A DNA stretch of 64,000 bases from Antedon mediterranea (GCF_964355755.1 NC_092676.1:18494871-18558870); one strand, 5' to 3'; counted from the first letter of the stretch, positions 12,401 through 25,210 are shown. Notes: generated by a model not told the origin, from the letters alone. Made by a program: numbers and translations.

Positions 12401-15400
12401 AGTTGTAAAATATTGTTTTTTTTTTTAAATGTGAATATATTATAGTTTATTATTATTTATCTGTGTCGGTTTCAGTTGGTTGTAGAGTTAATAAAATAAA
12501 AAATAACAAATAAAACAATACTTTCAGATACAGGCATGAATTTTAAATATAATATCTGGTTAATTGTACATAAATCAAATATTTGTAACAGAAATCAAGA
12601 TGAAAAACCATGAATTTCCCCTAATATGGTCAAATACAAAATTTGGCAAAATTCTGCCAAAAAAAACCAGGAAGACTTTTTTTCAGTAGTTAGGTAGTTA
12701 ACATAGTGTAATAACATGTCTGGTGACTCCCTAGAAGGTGAAAAAAGTTGGTGGATATACGGTGGATAATTTTTGCTATTGCATGAAAATAAAATTCTGA
12801 AGTTGAATAAAAATACCAGAAATGTAAAATTCAAGTTATATTACCTATATTTAGTCATCTGATAACATTTTTACCACCGTTTATTTTTCATAGCTTTTTA
12901 AAATGCCTCTCTATTTTCAAAATGTGTGTACAAAATAGAGATTTTACAGTGTAATTTGAACTGATATGAAAGTGCTAATTTTCAAAAAGCTCCTGTAACA
13001 CAAATAAAATCCCCAAAATTATGAAACATAGGGGAAACTATAGATCAATAATTATTGGAATGTATGATCAATAGAAATGTTTTGCCCGCACCTGGCCTTT
13101 AAGGTACCTAGGTCTCTCTCTCTCTTTGCTTCAGAAAAAGCTTCAAACACTTTGGTCCACCCTACCCTACCAGCACAATTACATCCATGAAAAGCAAGTG
13201 AAATTAATGCCTACCTTTAATGGCGATTGTTGCTTTTCCCCAGTAAAATTCTCTTTATCACTAGATGGTGAACCAGTCTGTTTTACAGGTGTCTAAATTG
13301 AAAGAGAGTAAAGAGATGATTCACATTTAAGCATTCAAACTGGCATGTCTACTCTAATTGCTGTTGGATTAGATATTTAAAAACTTGGTACATCAGGTGG
13401 AGGATTGTCTGACATGGATAGATAAATTTAACATCACAACTAATTCTATGTATTTATTTTTCAGTTTAGAGAGAAAATAGTTTAAATACATTTATTTCAT
13501 TTTTTGCATGAACCACTTCTAACTACTAAACTATACCTTTTGATGACTGCCCTCTGCCTCTAGTTTGATAATCTTTCCTCTAACACTTTAAAATAAAAAA
13601 AAAATACAATAATCAAAAATAAATAATTTGTCAGATGTTATTATCACATGCTAGAATTCAAGCCTACAGTACTCCTCAATTTGAAATATTTGCAAATGTA
13701 AAATTATGACAAATAACTTTTTGGACCATGAGTATTTTTCCACAACTCATTATCAAACTTCCAATTTTATGTTTATACCTTTTATTGTTTACTTACACCT
13801 TTGATTTAACTTTGACCTTTAACTCCACCAATTCTCCTACAACAAAAGTTTGACTGAGTTTAAAAGAAACTTGTTCTGTGAGATGCTCAAGAGATAATGT
13901 ACCTTAAATAAATAAAAGCAACATATTTTTTTTTAATATGATAAAATTCATTTACACTTCGTTCGTTTTGTCAAACTAATATATAAACTGTAAATTCATA
14001 TAATATTAGATGGGGACTGAGTCTGTTAGGTCATGTATTTAAAAACATCATCTTTCCGACAAGGCGGCAGAAAAACTAAACCAACCTACTTTTGAGATAT
14101 TTCTTGAATTTAATTTCAACAGATTTTGGCCAACTCTCAACAGTTCACCTTTATTTTGTTGTCATTGGCAAAGGACTTTAACATTAATTTAAACGCACAT
14201 TCACTATACCAATAGCTACATACACAGTTAACCATGCCAATAGCTACTCCGGATAACTTCAGTGTTATACAACATTAACTGCGTAATGTGAACATCTTGC
14301 TAGTAAATTTAATACTAATTTGCTACACACATGTCAATCTATAAATAAGTCTGAACAGGGACTTACTATGATGAGCTAATTCACAAGCTATCTTCTCAAA
14401 ATGTGCTGGAAATACCTCCCGTAAGGATTCTTCTGCAGTCTTTTCAGAATCTAGCGCTTCTCTGTACGTCAAGTTTGACTTCCCTGTACACCTACACGTC
14501 CAATTCTTTGCACTGTAAAGTGCTACTTTCTTAATATAATCGCTAAAAATTGGGTGCGTTAAGTAAAATATTAAACATCAAATGCAGTGTTAAAAAATAT
14601 ATATTTTGTTTCATAAAAAAGTGTCCTCCTAATATAGAGTTCAAAAAAAATTTACCTCATAGATAGATGATAAACCAAATGAATCTATATCATAGAGTAT
14701 GAGGCAAATTTTTATAAAGACTAAAGTGTAAAGAGATTTTAAAAGAGATTTTTTTTTTACAGCTGGGAATTTGTATTTGTTTGAACAAAAATATAGACCT
14801 AGGCCTAGCCTACATAATAAATTTAAATTAATAAATTTGGCATCACGGAATTAGAATTTAGTAATTGAAATTCTCCTGCAAAATTTTTTAAAATAAAATA
14901 ACATGAAAACTAGCCTATAATAAACATGATTAAGTAAGTTGAAACTGATCTGTTGTAAGATCTTGCAAAGTTTCATTATAAATATGTATTTTAGAATATT
15001 GTCAAGCAATATCCTGCCTAAAAATGAGTAGAAAATCATGTAATTAAATTTGTTATATTTAGTTATTTAAAAAAATTAAACCAAAGTAAAATTGTAGAAT
15101 TTATTTTTTATAGTGTATCACATAGCAACAGACATCAGAGTGGATTGCTTAAAAACATTGTTTTTTAGTTTATTTCCATGATTTAACAATGACCTAGCGA
15201 CTAACTCTAGGCCCATACGAATGGAAAAATAAGCCCGCATCGTTCAATTCGTGTGGGAGACAAACCAATTATTTGCCTGTTACAGAGCGCCGAATTCACG
15301 GTCATTTGAGTTTCGAAGACTCGGCTTAGCCAGTCAACGTCAGTCGCCTGCTTAGCTGGGTCAGATACGCTACAGACAGAATAAATATTTGCAATGAATG

Positions 15401-15713
15401 TATTACTTTAAACGCAAGAAAAAGGCATTAACAGCTTTTATAAGTACTAAAGGAACTTTTTACTTTATAACTTGATCATAATTAAATGTAAAAGCATCAT
15501 AATACTAGCAACATAAATATCTAAAAATATTACGGGGGCCGCCATATTTGAGAACTTCCCGCAAACATAAAAATATTGTTGCCGAAATTGCAAAGGATAC
15601 TCTTGAGTTCTGAAAACCTCTCCTGTTACTGGAATCGTGTACTGTTTGTCCCATGGATATAAATCTTTCGGTTTCTTTGCCAATAAGTAAGGCTTATTGT
15701 CCAGAAGTGGCAT
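303..15713 (-). CDS. BAZ1B: BAZ1B/WSTF bromodomain chromatin remodeller subunit (N-terminal part; 3' end lies beyond the left edge)
   Basis: Exons read with GT-AG ends and consistent phases (minus strand): 15713-15601, 14542-14367, 13902-13797, 13585-13537, 13292-13215, 12279-12203, 11781-11616, 11351-10494, 9839-9676, 8867-8709, 8495-8366, 7993-7825, 7413-7310, 6826-6674, 5594-5437, 1696-1539, 1102-876, 514-303. WAC domain (MPLLDNKPY...FRTQDDYIKKVALYSAKNWTCRCTGKSNLTYREA), DDT domain (PEGIPNTRFGDVAMITEFLNMYSGLLMPDDQYPITA) and WHIM motifs (LICLCHRIMSSYSV; PLGVDRNHSRYWLFSSVVPGLFVEKGW) resemble BAZ1B as I recall it. Confidence 0.93.
1199..1444 (+). mobile_element. 5S rRNA-derived SINE (SINE3-like) in a BAZ1B intron
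   Basis: GATCACCGAAGTAAAGCAATGTTGGGCCAGGTTAGAGCTTGGATGGGAGACC resembles the 5S rRNA box A/IE/box C region. It is followed by a non-5S body. Confidence 0.65.
1701..5103. repeat. 92-bp tandem repeat, 37 copies (one copy 91 bp), filling most of a BAZ1B intron
   Basis: Unit AAAGACAAATCCACAAAGTAATATATAATGCYCAGCTCTAAAACAATCTGTGTCCWAAAGGATCTAACACAACACAATGGACTAAAATGTTT. Span 3403 = 37x92-1. Near-identical copies. Confidence 0.97.
6030..6660 (-). mobile_element. 5'-truncated L2/CR1-group LINE 3' end, interrupted by an insert between (TA)n runs
   Basis: ORF end SFSFNAPSFFNSLPLSIRNSYNFSSFKSLLKKHLF is typical of L2/CR1-group ORF2 C-termini. Its 3' tail GAGGGTCCCTAATGATCAGC...GAAATAAA recurs at about 10153-10215 (+). 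Confidence 0.7.
6328..6364 (-). ncRNA. Minimal type I hammerhead ribozyme motif (Penelope-like element type)
   Basis: Minus strand reads GCA-CTGATGA-A-GGGC-TAGTGTT-GCCC-GAAA-GC-TC-TGC. It has both core motifs, a 4-bp stem II, a palindromic AGCT stem III and a GCA/TGC stem I. Confidence 0.7.
7062..7277 (-). mobile_element. tRNA-derived SINE
   Basis: A box TGGCTTGGTGG and B box GGGTTCAAGCC on the minus strand. Body is shared with 9911-10150 and partly with about 8060-8143. Confidence 0.7.
7697..7809. mobile_element. Degenerate MITE family A copy
   Basis: AAACTAGTTTGACAAAAA...GTGCCCAAATATGGTAGTGATATG...TTTGATAGTGTAGTCAGAGC. Confidence 0.6.
8143..8334. mobile_element. Short TIR element (MITE)
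   Basis: AAGGCCAACTCAGACACCGTCATAC ... GTATGATGCTGTCTTGAGTTGGCCTT inverted termini. Confidence 0.6.
9911..10150 (-). mobile_element. tRNA-derived SINE, same family as 7062-7277
   Basis: Shared body (GGCAAATTTCCAAGGATA...ACACAAGATGCTCT) and A-box TGGCTTGGTGG head. Confidence 0.65.
14543..15600 (-). other. U12-type (minor spliceosome) GT-AG intron 1 of BAZ1B
   Basis: Donor GTATCCTTTG (plus strand caaaggatac, 15591-15600). Branch-like TTACTTAAC lies about 13 nt upstream of the acceptor AG at 14544-14543. Confidence 0.85.
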
Positions 15714-16130
15714 TTTAGACACGTTTTTCTCGCCGAAAACGGTGAGAATTCATCTTCTTGTTTGAAACTGGCGGGAAGGTAGAAAGTTTCGCGGACTGAT
15801 TGGGTATGACGTAAACATGACCTTAGAGGCCTAACAAATGACCCGTATCCAATTTTGTATCAATCATATCGGCTACAAGTATAAAATAACTGATTTATTT
15901 TATTTGAATAAAGTATAAAATGTAACTAAATAAATATAATTTAGTATTAGAATTTTAATTGATAGTTTTTTGATATCTAAGTAATTGTTGTAATGCGTTT
16001 AACCTTTGTTTGTTTAATAATGTAGAAAAGGCCGTGTTTTGGGGAGGCAATTTTGAATAACATTGTAATGTTTACTCCTACTTTATTTCTTTTTTCCTAC
16101 AAAATTAGGATTAGATTTGGTTAATTGAAG
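15714..16130. promoter_or_regulatory. Bidirectional promoter/5'UTR region shared by BAZ1B and GEN1
   Basis: Start codons diverge about 417 bp apart. CpG-richer core with E2F-like TGGCGGGAA (~15768) and TTTCGCGG (~15787), CHR-like TTTGAA (~15761, ~16052), CCAAT boxes (~15799, ~15849) and CRE-like TGACGTAA (~15807). Confidence 0.7.
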
Positions 16131-19100
16131 ATGGGAGTTCAAAACCTATGGTCCATTTTGTCGCCTGTTCAATTCCATAAAAATTTAAGTGAATTAAAAG
16201 GGCAATTACTTGCTGTTGACTTGAGCATTTGGGTTTGTGAAAGTCAGGGTGTCAAACAGATGCAAGCAGTTGTATTAAAACCATTTCTGAGGTTTGTTTA
16301 CTTATTGACTGTTTTCATAGTCTTTGTCTAGTTAAGTCACTGCTATATCAGTGTGAACTATACTCAGTTTCCCGTTAAACTTGAGGACTAGAATAATTTA
16401 ACATTTTTAATAATACCGTGCAACAAAATGTGTTTTTAATTTTGTATTAATTAACTCTGCAGTATATATTATAATAATTAATATTATGCATAATATTCTT
16501 TACTTCGTCTTTAGATATCATACCTTGCGTCTACACATTCGTACCTTCGGGTACTGTATATGTACGATAAACTCACAGGGGTGCGATTCTGCAATAGCAC
16601 CACATACTGTAGCATTTAATTACAAGTAAAAGTACAGTATTTTCTGTAATATCTTCTGATATACGTTGACAGTTGTTTTACATTAAAACAAGTATACACT
16701 TATACTGCTGAATATATATGAGTTTTATTGAATTGAACTAATGTTGCTTGTCCGAAGACTTGAGAGAATATAATAATCTATTAACTGTTCACTGAGTTGG
16801 TATATTGTGGAATTTATAATTGCTCTAATGGGATTTTGGCTACTTTTTATAGGTCATTGTATCTTCAAAAATATAAAAGAAAATTATTATTGCACAATGG
16901 TTTTTTTTTTATTTTTAAAATTATTCAAGCACAAGTAAGTTGGAGCACCAGGAAGATCAAATCAAAATATTTAAAGTGAATAATATAACTTTATTAGAAC
17001 CTATTCAATGTTTGATTCATTTAATGTTAAAACATTTTTGTCTGGGCTCTGTTGAAAAAATATATTCCTCAATGTCTTTCATTTATTCTAGGAATTTATT
17101 TTTTCGGATAACTAATTTAACACAACTTGGCATCAAATTGGTTTTTGTCATAGAGGGAGAAGCACCAGAATTGAAATGTGAGACTATGATGAAAAGGCAA
17201 GGAAGACACAAACAAGGCCAGAGAGGTGCAGCTCCTTCTAAATCTAAACAAACTGGAAGAAGACACTTTAAAGCACGTCTTAAAGAGGTATAGTATAGTT
17301 GCTTTTTGGAACGACTTACCACCTGCAATTCAACAAGCACCCACTACCGTTACATTCAAACAATTATTAAAAAAAACTCATCTATTTAAGTTTTCTTTTG
17401 ACTAATTTCTCTCTGTATATTTTTGTTTTAATGTAAAGCGCATTGGGGCTTTTAGCATAAGCCCGATTTATTATGATTATTATTGTTATTATTATTATTA
17501 TTGTATCTACTTTTTGGTTTGTTCAATACAAAAGCTTTGAAAATCCTACAGATGCCAGATAACATCATTTTACATATTGAAAGCATTGCAATTTCAAAGA
17601 TTACGCATCTTTGAATTTTTCTTTTTATTTGTCAATGGGCAAACTTTAGTTCATGATTTCTTTATCTTTTTAGTGCTGTGAAATGTTGGATTACCTCGGT
17701 ATACCATGGGTACAAAGCAAAGGTGAAGCAGAAGCCATGTGTGCATTTTTGAACGCCAATGGTGTAAGTTTGTACACAATAGATAAAAAACAATAGCAAA
17801 AAAAACTGTAACTAGAGGGTACTCCGAGAGTACAAACCTCTGCCTACTGTAAAATTCCCCTACATAAAATGTCCCCGGAATATATATATTTTTTTAACAT
17901 TTTTTTTTGGTGAGAATCGGATAAAAACTGTGGCCTCCAGGCTGTTCACAGACACACACACACAAACATACAGGGGTGAAAATATAACCTCCTTGGCGGA
18001 GGTAATAAGAAAGTCTGTCCAACAACCTAAGTTCCATGGAAATTTTAGAAGTCTATATCGAACATAAGCTGAATCGTCTGTCACCAAAAGTGGGCCGTCG
18101 AATCGTCCCACCAAAAGTGTTTCCCTGATGTAACTACATAGCATTGGAAGGCCCCTTAGTGCTAAACAAGGGCCCTTAATTGCCCACTGAGTTATGCCAC
18201 TATAGATACCCAAAATTGTTCCTAGATGCTAGTGAAAATTGTTATATCAATTGTTCAGTCTCATGCCAGGTAATCAAAATCTAATCAACAGTACAGGAAT
18301 ATGTGAAAAAAAAGTACAGCCAGTTTACTCACCATCTCATTGGTACTACAGTACTTTATTTGTGCTAATACTGTGACTATTTTTCTTTTTTGCAGTTGGT
18401 CGACGCTTGTATTACGCAAGATGGCGATGCATTTCTGTATGGTGCCAGAGTGGTTTATAGAAACTTTACACTTAATACTAAGGTTAGTAACTATAGTATT
18501 GAGATGGAGCAATTCGCTAACACTTTACTTTCACACATGGCACAAAGTGTTACATACGACTCTCCTTTTCAAAAACTTCTAAATTATTTTCTTATGCATT
18601 TTGAAAACCAGAATAAAAATAACTAGAATTTAATTCGTCACTTTGACGAATTATAGGTGATCATTTTTATCATTTTAATGAAATTAACATTTTTTAAACA
18701 TGCACGTACGTTAACATACGATCGTAAAAAGCTGATGTACGCCATCCTATGACATGATGCATATACACTTATAGTGCTGAGTTGTACCTATTATATACAG
18801 TATATACTGTATATCTATATACAGTGTAGCATAGGTGAAATTACTGGACCCACATCATGTTCAAATTTTTCGGTATGATGGAATTATCAAAATAAACTCG
18901 AAGATGACAATTTCGAAAGATAATGAATTGAGCAAATAAATATAAGGATGGAAAGAAAATTTGACACGTAGAAGCGCAATGCGCGCTCTTTGAAATTTGT
19001 ATAACTTCGACTAAAGAAATTTAAAAACTACTTTTTAACTTCAACTGGCCATATGATAACATCACAACATCCGATAGGCTAAATTTTTATATTAATTCAT

Positions 19101-22100
19101 ATCTACATTTCATCAGCTTTCATAATAAGTTATAATCTTCAAGGTCACCTTTAATTCTGAAGAGCTATAATATATTCAAATGTACGGTGTAGCTGAAATT
19201 ACACGACCTACGTTATTCAAGTTTTTACGCGTGATGATGTCATCAAAATGAAAATGTTGACAACTCCTGAGAAAGATAATTAATTGAGCAAGCACATACT
19301 AAAACTTCTGCGAAAATCGAGCTAAAATAACGGAGATGCGCTCTATTGAATGTGATAACCCATACAAAAAGATAAAAATTACTAATTTTTAAATTGAAGT
19401 GGCCATTTGATGACGTCATACCATTTTATACGTCTAATGTGTACATGAATATGTATCTACAACCCAATGGCTTCCCGAATAACTTTAAAAAATTGGGGGT
19501 CACCTGCCATTCTGAAGAGTTATATTCATTTTAAAAAGGCCTTATTTTTCACAATTTTCATCACTTTGATGCAATTAATTTGCGCATTTTGACATTTTAA
19601 CCTGCTCGTATACCGTTATTTTAAGTCGGAACTGACTCAAATTTGGTGAATGTACTAAGGATGCTGTTTAGAATGCGATTTGTATAAAAAAATTGCAATT
19701 TTTACCCTTTGTAAGTATCGCGCGCGCAAAATAATTTTTTTGCGCAGTAATTTTTTGAAACACGCAAATGGCCTAATTCATGCTCTAAATTGATTAAAAC
19801 GTAATTTTGAGCTTTTTAAATTTTTAATGCGCGATTTCACGCGCATGACCCTACGTGCGCGTGCGTTTTTATTTGCTAATATTTTTACCCTTGACCTGAA
19901 GTTTACGTGTAGTGAATTTCATAAACATGTGATAATGAATTATGGATATATGATTGATAATGTGATTTCACAAAATGGCGTCTACGTGACGTCAGGGTTG
20001 AGTGATCACGCTGAAAAGCTTATTATGGCTAAGTTAAAGTATTTGAAAGACATTGTGAAATTTTTGTGATCATTGTTATTCAACTTTTTGAGATATTTGT
20101 TACACAAAAAGTGTACAGAAAGAAAAAAAATAATAAAGATTTCATACAATAACAATAGGTGATCATTTTATTCTAAATGATCACCTAATAATACAAATTA
20201 AACAAAATAGCATTAGATTACATAACTCTATGAATTAACACTAAAACCAGTCTTAGTCGTTTCAAGTGGTCGATCGGTTAAATATTGGTGCAGTCAAAGC
20301 CATATTTCCGATGGTAAGAACCCAATGAATATTTTAGAAGAGAATAGGTTTACACCGGAACCGTTTATTCTTTCATCTGTGTACAGATCATTGAGTAGCG
20401 TTAGGTGGAAGCTGTACAAGATGAAGGGAGAATAGGGCAGAAAAGCAGTTGTATCTGTCGTTAACACTTGTGAACAATTTGAGCTGCTAGACAGAGTTAT
20501 TCACCACATTTATTTATTTTTTTTTTTTACAGGATCCTCATATAGATTGTTATCGCATGGATGATATTGAGATCAAATTAAAATTGAATCAAAATAGACT
20601 TGTTGGATTAGGAATTCTGCTAGGGTGTGATTTTATACCAAAGGGAGTACCTGGTGTTGGTAAGGAAGGTGCAATGAAACTAATGAATGCGTTAGAAGAT
20701 AAGGTTGATGTTTTGCAAAGGTTCAAAGAATGGTATCAGGGTTTTCCATTTCAATCAGCAGCAGAAAAAGATGTCGTTAGGTGATAATTCTTGTGCACTA
20801 TCATCATTTTTTTATATATTGACAGACATATTTAGTGTGTGCTAGTGTGGCCCTATACAGTAAGTTCAATGAGAGACCTTGTCAATGAGGCGGAGAGGCT
20901 CATGTTGTGAGTCAAGTTGTTTTGAACAATCCAATATAAAGTTGTATTGTAGCTACTGTATGTCAAGTCTCTCTATTTGGTAACTGCCACTATACGATCC
21001 ACGGTACACTAGAATACATATTTATTTTTGCTTGAGGCAATCTCTGTTTAACATAAGTAAGATATTTTAATTCATTTTGACTCCTCTAATATACACCTTT
21101 TCAGGAAAGCAATGAAAGTTCCTGGGTTTCCTAACCAAGCAGTTATTGACGAGTTTTTAGTACCGAAAGATAAATTTCCAAAACAACCATTTATTTGGGC
21201 TAGGCCGAGCTTACGCAAAATAAAGGTGGGTAATAATGCATCAGGGGAAGTATCAGTAACCAAAATATGAGAACTGAAGAGTGTGAATTGATTAAATAAC
21301 CCAAAAAAATGTATATATATATTTTATATATGTATTTTAATGTCACATAGTTATTCTAGTTATTATAGTTATTCACTTTAAAAATTGGGTTGAAGAAAAA
21401 TTTTTACCTGAAAAAAACTATAATTTATACCAACAAATTGTCAAATTGGCAGCCAGACAATGAGTTTTTAGTTGCATTTAACCATTTATTTTGTCATTTT
21501 ATAAGTGAAAACAATATTTTTCTAGGTTTTTTGTACAGAAGTGATTTACTTTGTTAAAACTACAAAATGGCCTATTCAAGGTCTGATTTTATTAATCTTC
21601 ATTTTTTCAGATTATAGATATTGAATTAAAAGATAATATTGAGATAATAAATAGATCTAGTACAAAAGACAATGATTTGATTAAAAGATTTATTTCGATT
21701 AATAATTTGCAAATTTTTGTTATTTATTAGGGTTATAACCTAACCAAACTTGACTGGCCAGAAGAGTATACAGAGGAGAAGGTTCTGCCTATGCTAACCT
21801 CTCATGATATGAACCAGATTATTAAATATGGTATTGAAAACTGTACTAAATGTCTTAAGCCGGTGGAAATAGTCAAAACTAGAGTAAGACAAGGCATACA
21901 GTGTGTGGAAATACACTGGGAAAGGCAAGGTACAGTAACTACATCTTTACACTCAGTTTTTAGGACCTTTATACCAGTTTCTAAACAGTTAAATACTATT
22001 ACTGTTAAAGTATTATCATTTATAGACTATTTATTAAAGATGTATTGTCCCCTTGAAAAAATGATTGTTTCATTTTTTTTCTTGAATATGCCATTTTAAT

Positions 22101-25016
22101 ATGTCACATAATAATTATTCACTTTGACCAAAAATTATTTACCTGATAAAACTGTAATTTAAAGCAAACAAATTGGCTGCCAGCTGTTGGATATATCTGT
22201 TTATTTTCTTATTTTATAAGTGAAAGTGAAAACATTATTTTTCCAGTTTTGTTTTTCTATGAAAGTGATTAACTTTGTTAAAACTACAACATGGCCTAAG
22301 TCTGATTTTATGAATCTTCGTTTTTAATGTTTTGGGGGGACAATATATCTTTAATAATCATAATCATAAACAATTGCCATTTAGAAATATTCGAATGCAA
22401 GAAAATGGCATTTTTTAGGCTTCATATGAGCAATTAGTACAGTCAACTCTCCCAATACCAGACACCTTTTGGCTGGCCAAATAGTGTATGGGTAAAAATG
22501 AATTTGTGACTGTTTGGATTTCAAGAAAAATCTGGTATTTGGAGAGTTTCTGGTTTAAAAATATGGTTTTAAACAATGTGTAACATGACATGGAATTTTA
22601 GATTGATAAAGAGAGTATAATTAATATAGTATAATAAACTACAATACAATTTACTTATTTTTTACATGATTATGTTGGTGCATAGTCTGTTGAAGATTTA
22701 TAATTAAAACAATTTTTTCTTTACAAACTGGCAGACATATATATTTAATTAAAGTGGTACCTAATTGTATATACCTTACAGATATTATTACAAGTAGTAC
22801 AAGCGACACAGACAAGACAGAGTTTTACACAACAGTTGAAAGTTTACACCAGTTCAGTAATGCATTTCCTGAACTTGTTAACAGTTTTATGGAGGTTAAG
22901 AATTCTAAGACTAAGAAAAAATGTAAGTGTTTTGAATGCATAAAACTCCAAATGCCTTTTTCTATAAAAAAAAATTTTAAAAACTAGACTAGGTTTTTTG
23001 TTGATTGTAAACATCATTTTGTGTAATTTTTTTATTCATTTCAATTCTGTTAATTTATTTACAGCTAAGAAAGCAACTCCATGTACACAAGAAGGCAAAG
23101 AGACTGACGTTGATTCACTAACTGATGCTGTTAGTAAAATATCCCTAACAGAACCTATTAGAGCAACAGATGAACTCCTTATTGTTACTGAATTAAAAGA
23201 CAAAGAATTAAAGAAACACTCGAATGGGATTGGTCTGTTAAGTCACATGATAGAAACTGATGCTAAGGCACCTCATGGAGTTACCATCCCTGTAGGACAA
23301 TCTAAGAAGATGTATTCTAAGAAGGATATTTGTGTACCAAAACCCAGATACACCAATGAAGTAGCATTGTCTGTTTTGAGAGGAGAGTCTACTGTGTTTG
23401 ATAACGTCAAGTCAGAGGACATAACATCAGGTACTAAACAGCAGCAATGTATAACAGTGAATTCACTACGGGATAGTTATAATTTGAAAACTGCTAAAAG
23501 CAATGTCAATGGAAAAATATCAAAATCGCAAACAACAAAAGTTAGTAAACTTGACGATAAGAAAAAGAATGAAGTGTTTTCTGCGAACTTAAAATGTTCT
23601 GCAAGTGATTCCCCACAAAATGATATCAGAGGTATTCCAGATTCTATTAATCTAGAGATGGATCTAGAAAATAGTTGGTTTGAAAGTATTTTCTTAGAGA
23701 TGGAGTCCGATATTAAGAAAAGGAGAGATAACAAAAATAAGATCGCCAAAGGAGTCAATAAAAATGACAAAAAGAAAACTTTAAAATGCAAAAAGCGTTT
23801 AGCTTCGAACCCCGACACTAAAAATGAAATCCGTACTGAGCAACATAAAGTTGAAGGTGTTGCAGACCATGAAATTCTGCCGTTATGTGAACGGCTAATG
23901 AGAAAGTCTGTTGTGAAGAAAGAAAGCCATGATAAGAAAGAAAAACTGAAGGATGTGAAAAATGTCCAAGCTTTTCGAGAGACGGAAGTGACTTCAGACA
24001 TGTCAGATAATGTCAATGCTTTTAAACAGGTTGAAGAGAAGAATCATGCTCCAAGTAATTCACCTGATATGAAAAAAGGCAAGAAAATTTCTACTGAATC
24101 GTGTAATGGTGATACCTCTTGTTTCTCTGAGAAACGCCTTCTAAAAAGTAGTGATTTAACCGGAGAGACAGCTATTAGCAGTAATTCTGGTAAATTAACA
24201 CTACAACAAAATCTAGGCAAAAGAGGATGCCTCAAAGATTCGCCAACAAGCCTTGATCTTTCAGAAAGTTTCCATTGCCTTTCGTTAACATCACCAGATG
24301 AAAGATTATCAAATCAAAAAGAAATATCCTATAAGGCTAAACAAGGTGAATTACATGATGTCTCTATCCATGGTCAAATTAAAAAAGAAATATCCTATAA
24401 GGCTAAGCAAGGTGAATTACCTGATGTCTCTATCCATGGTCAAATTCAAAAAGATTTTCCTGGTCTTTTTGACTGTACATTACCTTCTTTATTGACTGGT
24501 GGTGAATTAGTCTCACCAGCATCGGATGATGGAAAAAGTAGATCTCTACTAAAAGATCCATGTATAACCAGTTTAATAACAGATGATCAGGACACATGTC
24601 AAACGGTTCCAGTCTCTTATCAGGTGACTAAAACTTCTCAATCTGAAACTGTAAGTAACATTCAGCAAACTAAATATCATGAACGTGCCACCAACAAGCT
24701 GAAGCAAACGGTGAAGAACATAATGTATCCAGTACAGTCTGCCAACTATCCTGAACCAGTAACAAGCATGCCATGTCCAAAGCCAGCAAAGACAACCACT
24801 ATCATCCAGCAGTCCCAGGTTATTTGCAGTCGTAAAACGGATCATCTAAAGGAGACAAAAAGAGAGGAAATTAGTCACATTCCAAATGTGTACAGTCCTG
24901 AACCAGTATCCTTGGAAGATCGTTTAAAGCAAAGACTTCAAAAATGTAAAGATGTACAAACTTTACAAACAATGGTCACAATGAAGAATGTTTTGAAAGC
25001 TCAACAGAAAAATTAA
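16131..25016 (+). CDS. GEN1: GEN1 Holliday junction 5' flap endonuclease (XPG/Rad2 family)
   Basis: Exons 16131-16291, 17092-17287, 17674-17763, 18396-18482, 20533-20780, 21105-21225, 21731-21929, 22782-22922, 23065-25016. Motifs MGVQNLWSIL, AVDLSIWVCE, KPFLRNLFFR, VFVIEGEAPELK, GEAEAMCAFLN, TQDGDAFLYGA and LLGCDFIPKGVPGVGKE. Chromodomain-like region IVKTRVRQGIQCVEIHW, then a long disordered C-terminal exon. Confidence 0.95.
17345..17502 (+). mobile_element. L2-like LINE 3' terminal fragment
   Basis: Degenerate FKQLLK.THLFK coding end, TGTAAAGCGCATTG 3' motif and (TTA)n tail. Confidence 0.5.
17810..18008. mobile_element. Non-autonomous Helentron-like (HINE/DINE-type) element
   Basis: Starts AACTAGAG, has an internal (AC)n microsatellite, and ends with the palindrome ACCTCC-TTGGC-GGAGGT followed by AATAA. 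Confidence 0.6.
18621..20190. mobile_element. 1.6-kb Helentron-like (HINE-type) non-autonomous element in GEN1 intron 4
   Basis: Starts AACTAGAATT with hairpin AATTCGTCA-CTT-TGACGAATT, then TAGGTGATCATTT. Ends with a perfect 12-bp stem AGGTGATCATTT-TATTCT-AAATGATCACCT, then AATAA. Interior is CpG-richer than its flanks. Confidence 0.55.
22038..22350. mobile_element. Kolobok-like MITE with TTAA target-site duplication (TSD)
   Basis: TTAA|AGATGTATTGTCCCC ... GGGGACAATATATCT|TTAA. Related internal sequence at about 21330-21610. Confidence 0.7.
24316..24452 (+). repeat. In-frame 63-bp duplication in the last GEN1 exon
   Basis: KEISYKAKQGELHDVSIHGQI / KEISYKAKQGELPDVSIHGQI. Confidence 0.9.
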
Positions 25017-25033
25017 CATTGACTTATAAATTA

Positions 25034-25210
25034 CAGTAGAGCCTCTATTAAGGTGACACCTCAGGACCAAAAAGTCTATGGATGTCCTCAGAATAGAAGT
25101 TGGCTGTAGTGTTAAACATTACATTGTTGTTCCTTCATTTCACATGACAGTTCCCTCTTAACAAAGATGTCTCCTGAATATTAAGGTGCCCAAAAGGAGA
25201 GGTTCTGCTG
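25034..25210. mobile_element. Tc1/mariner (pogo/Tigger-like) MITE just after the GEN1 stop codon
   Basis: TA|CAGTAGAGCCTCT ... AGAGGTTCTGCTG|TA. Related CCTATTAAGGGGAC pieces at about 7650, 8610, 32212-32405 and 34325. Confidence 0.65.
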
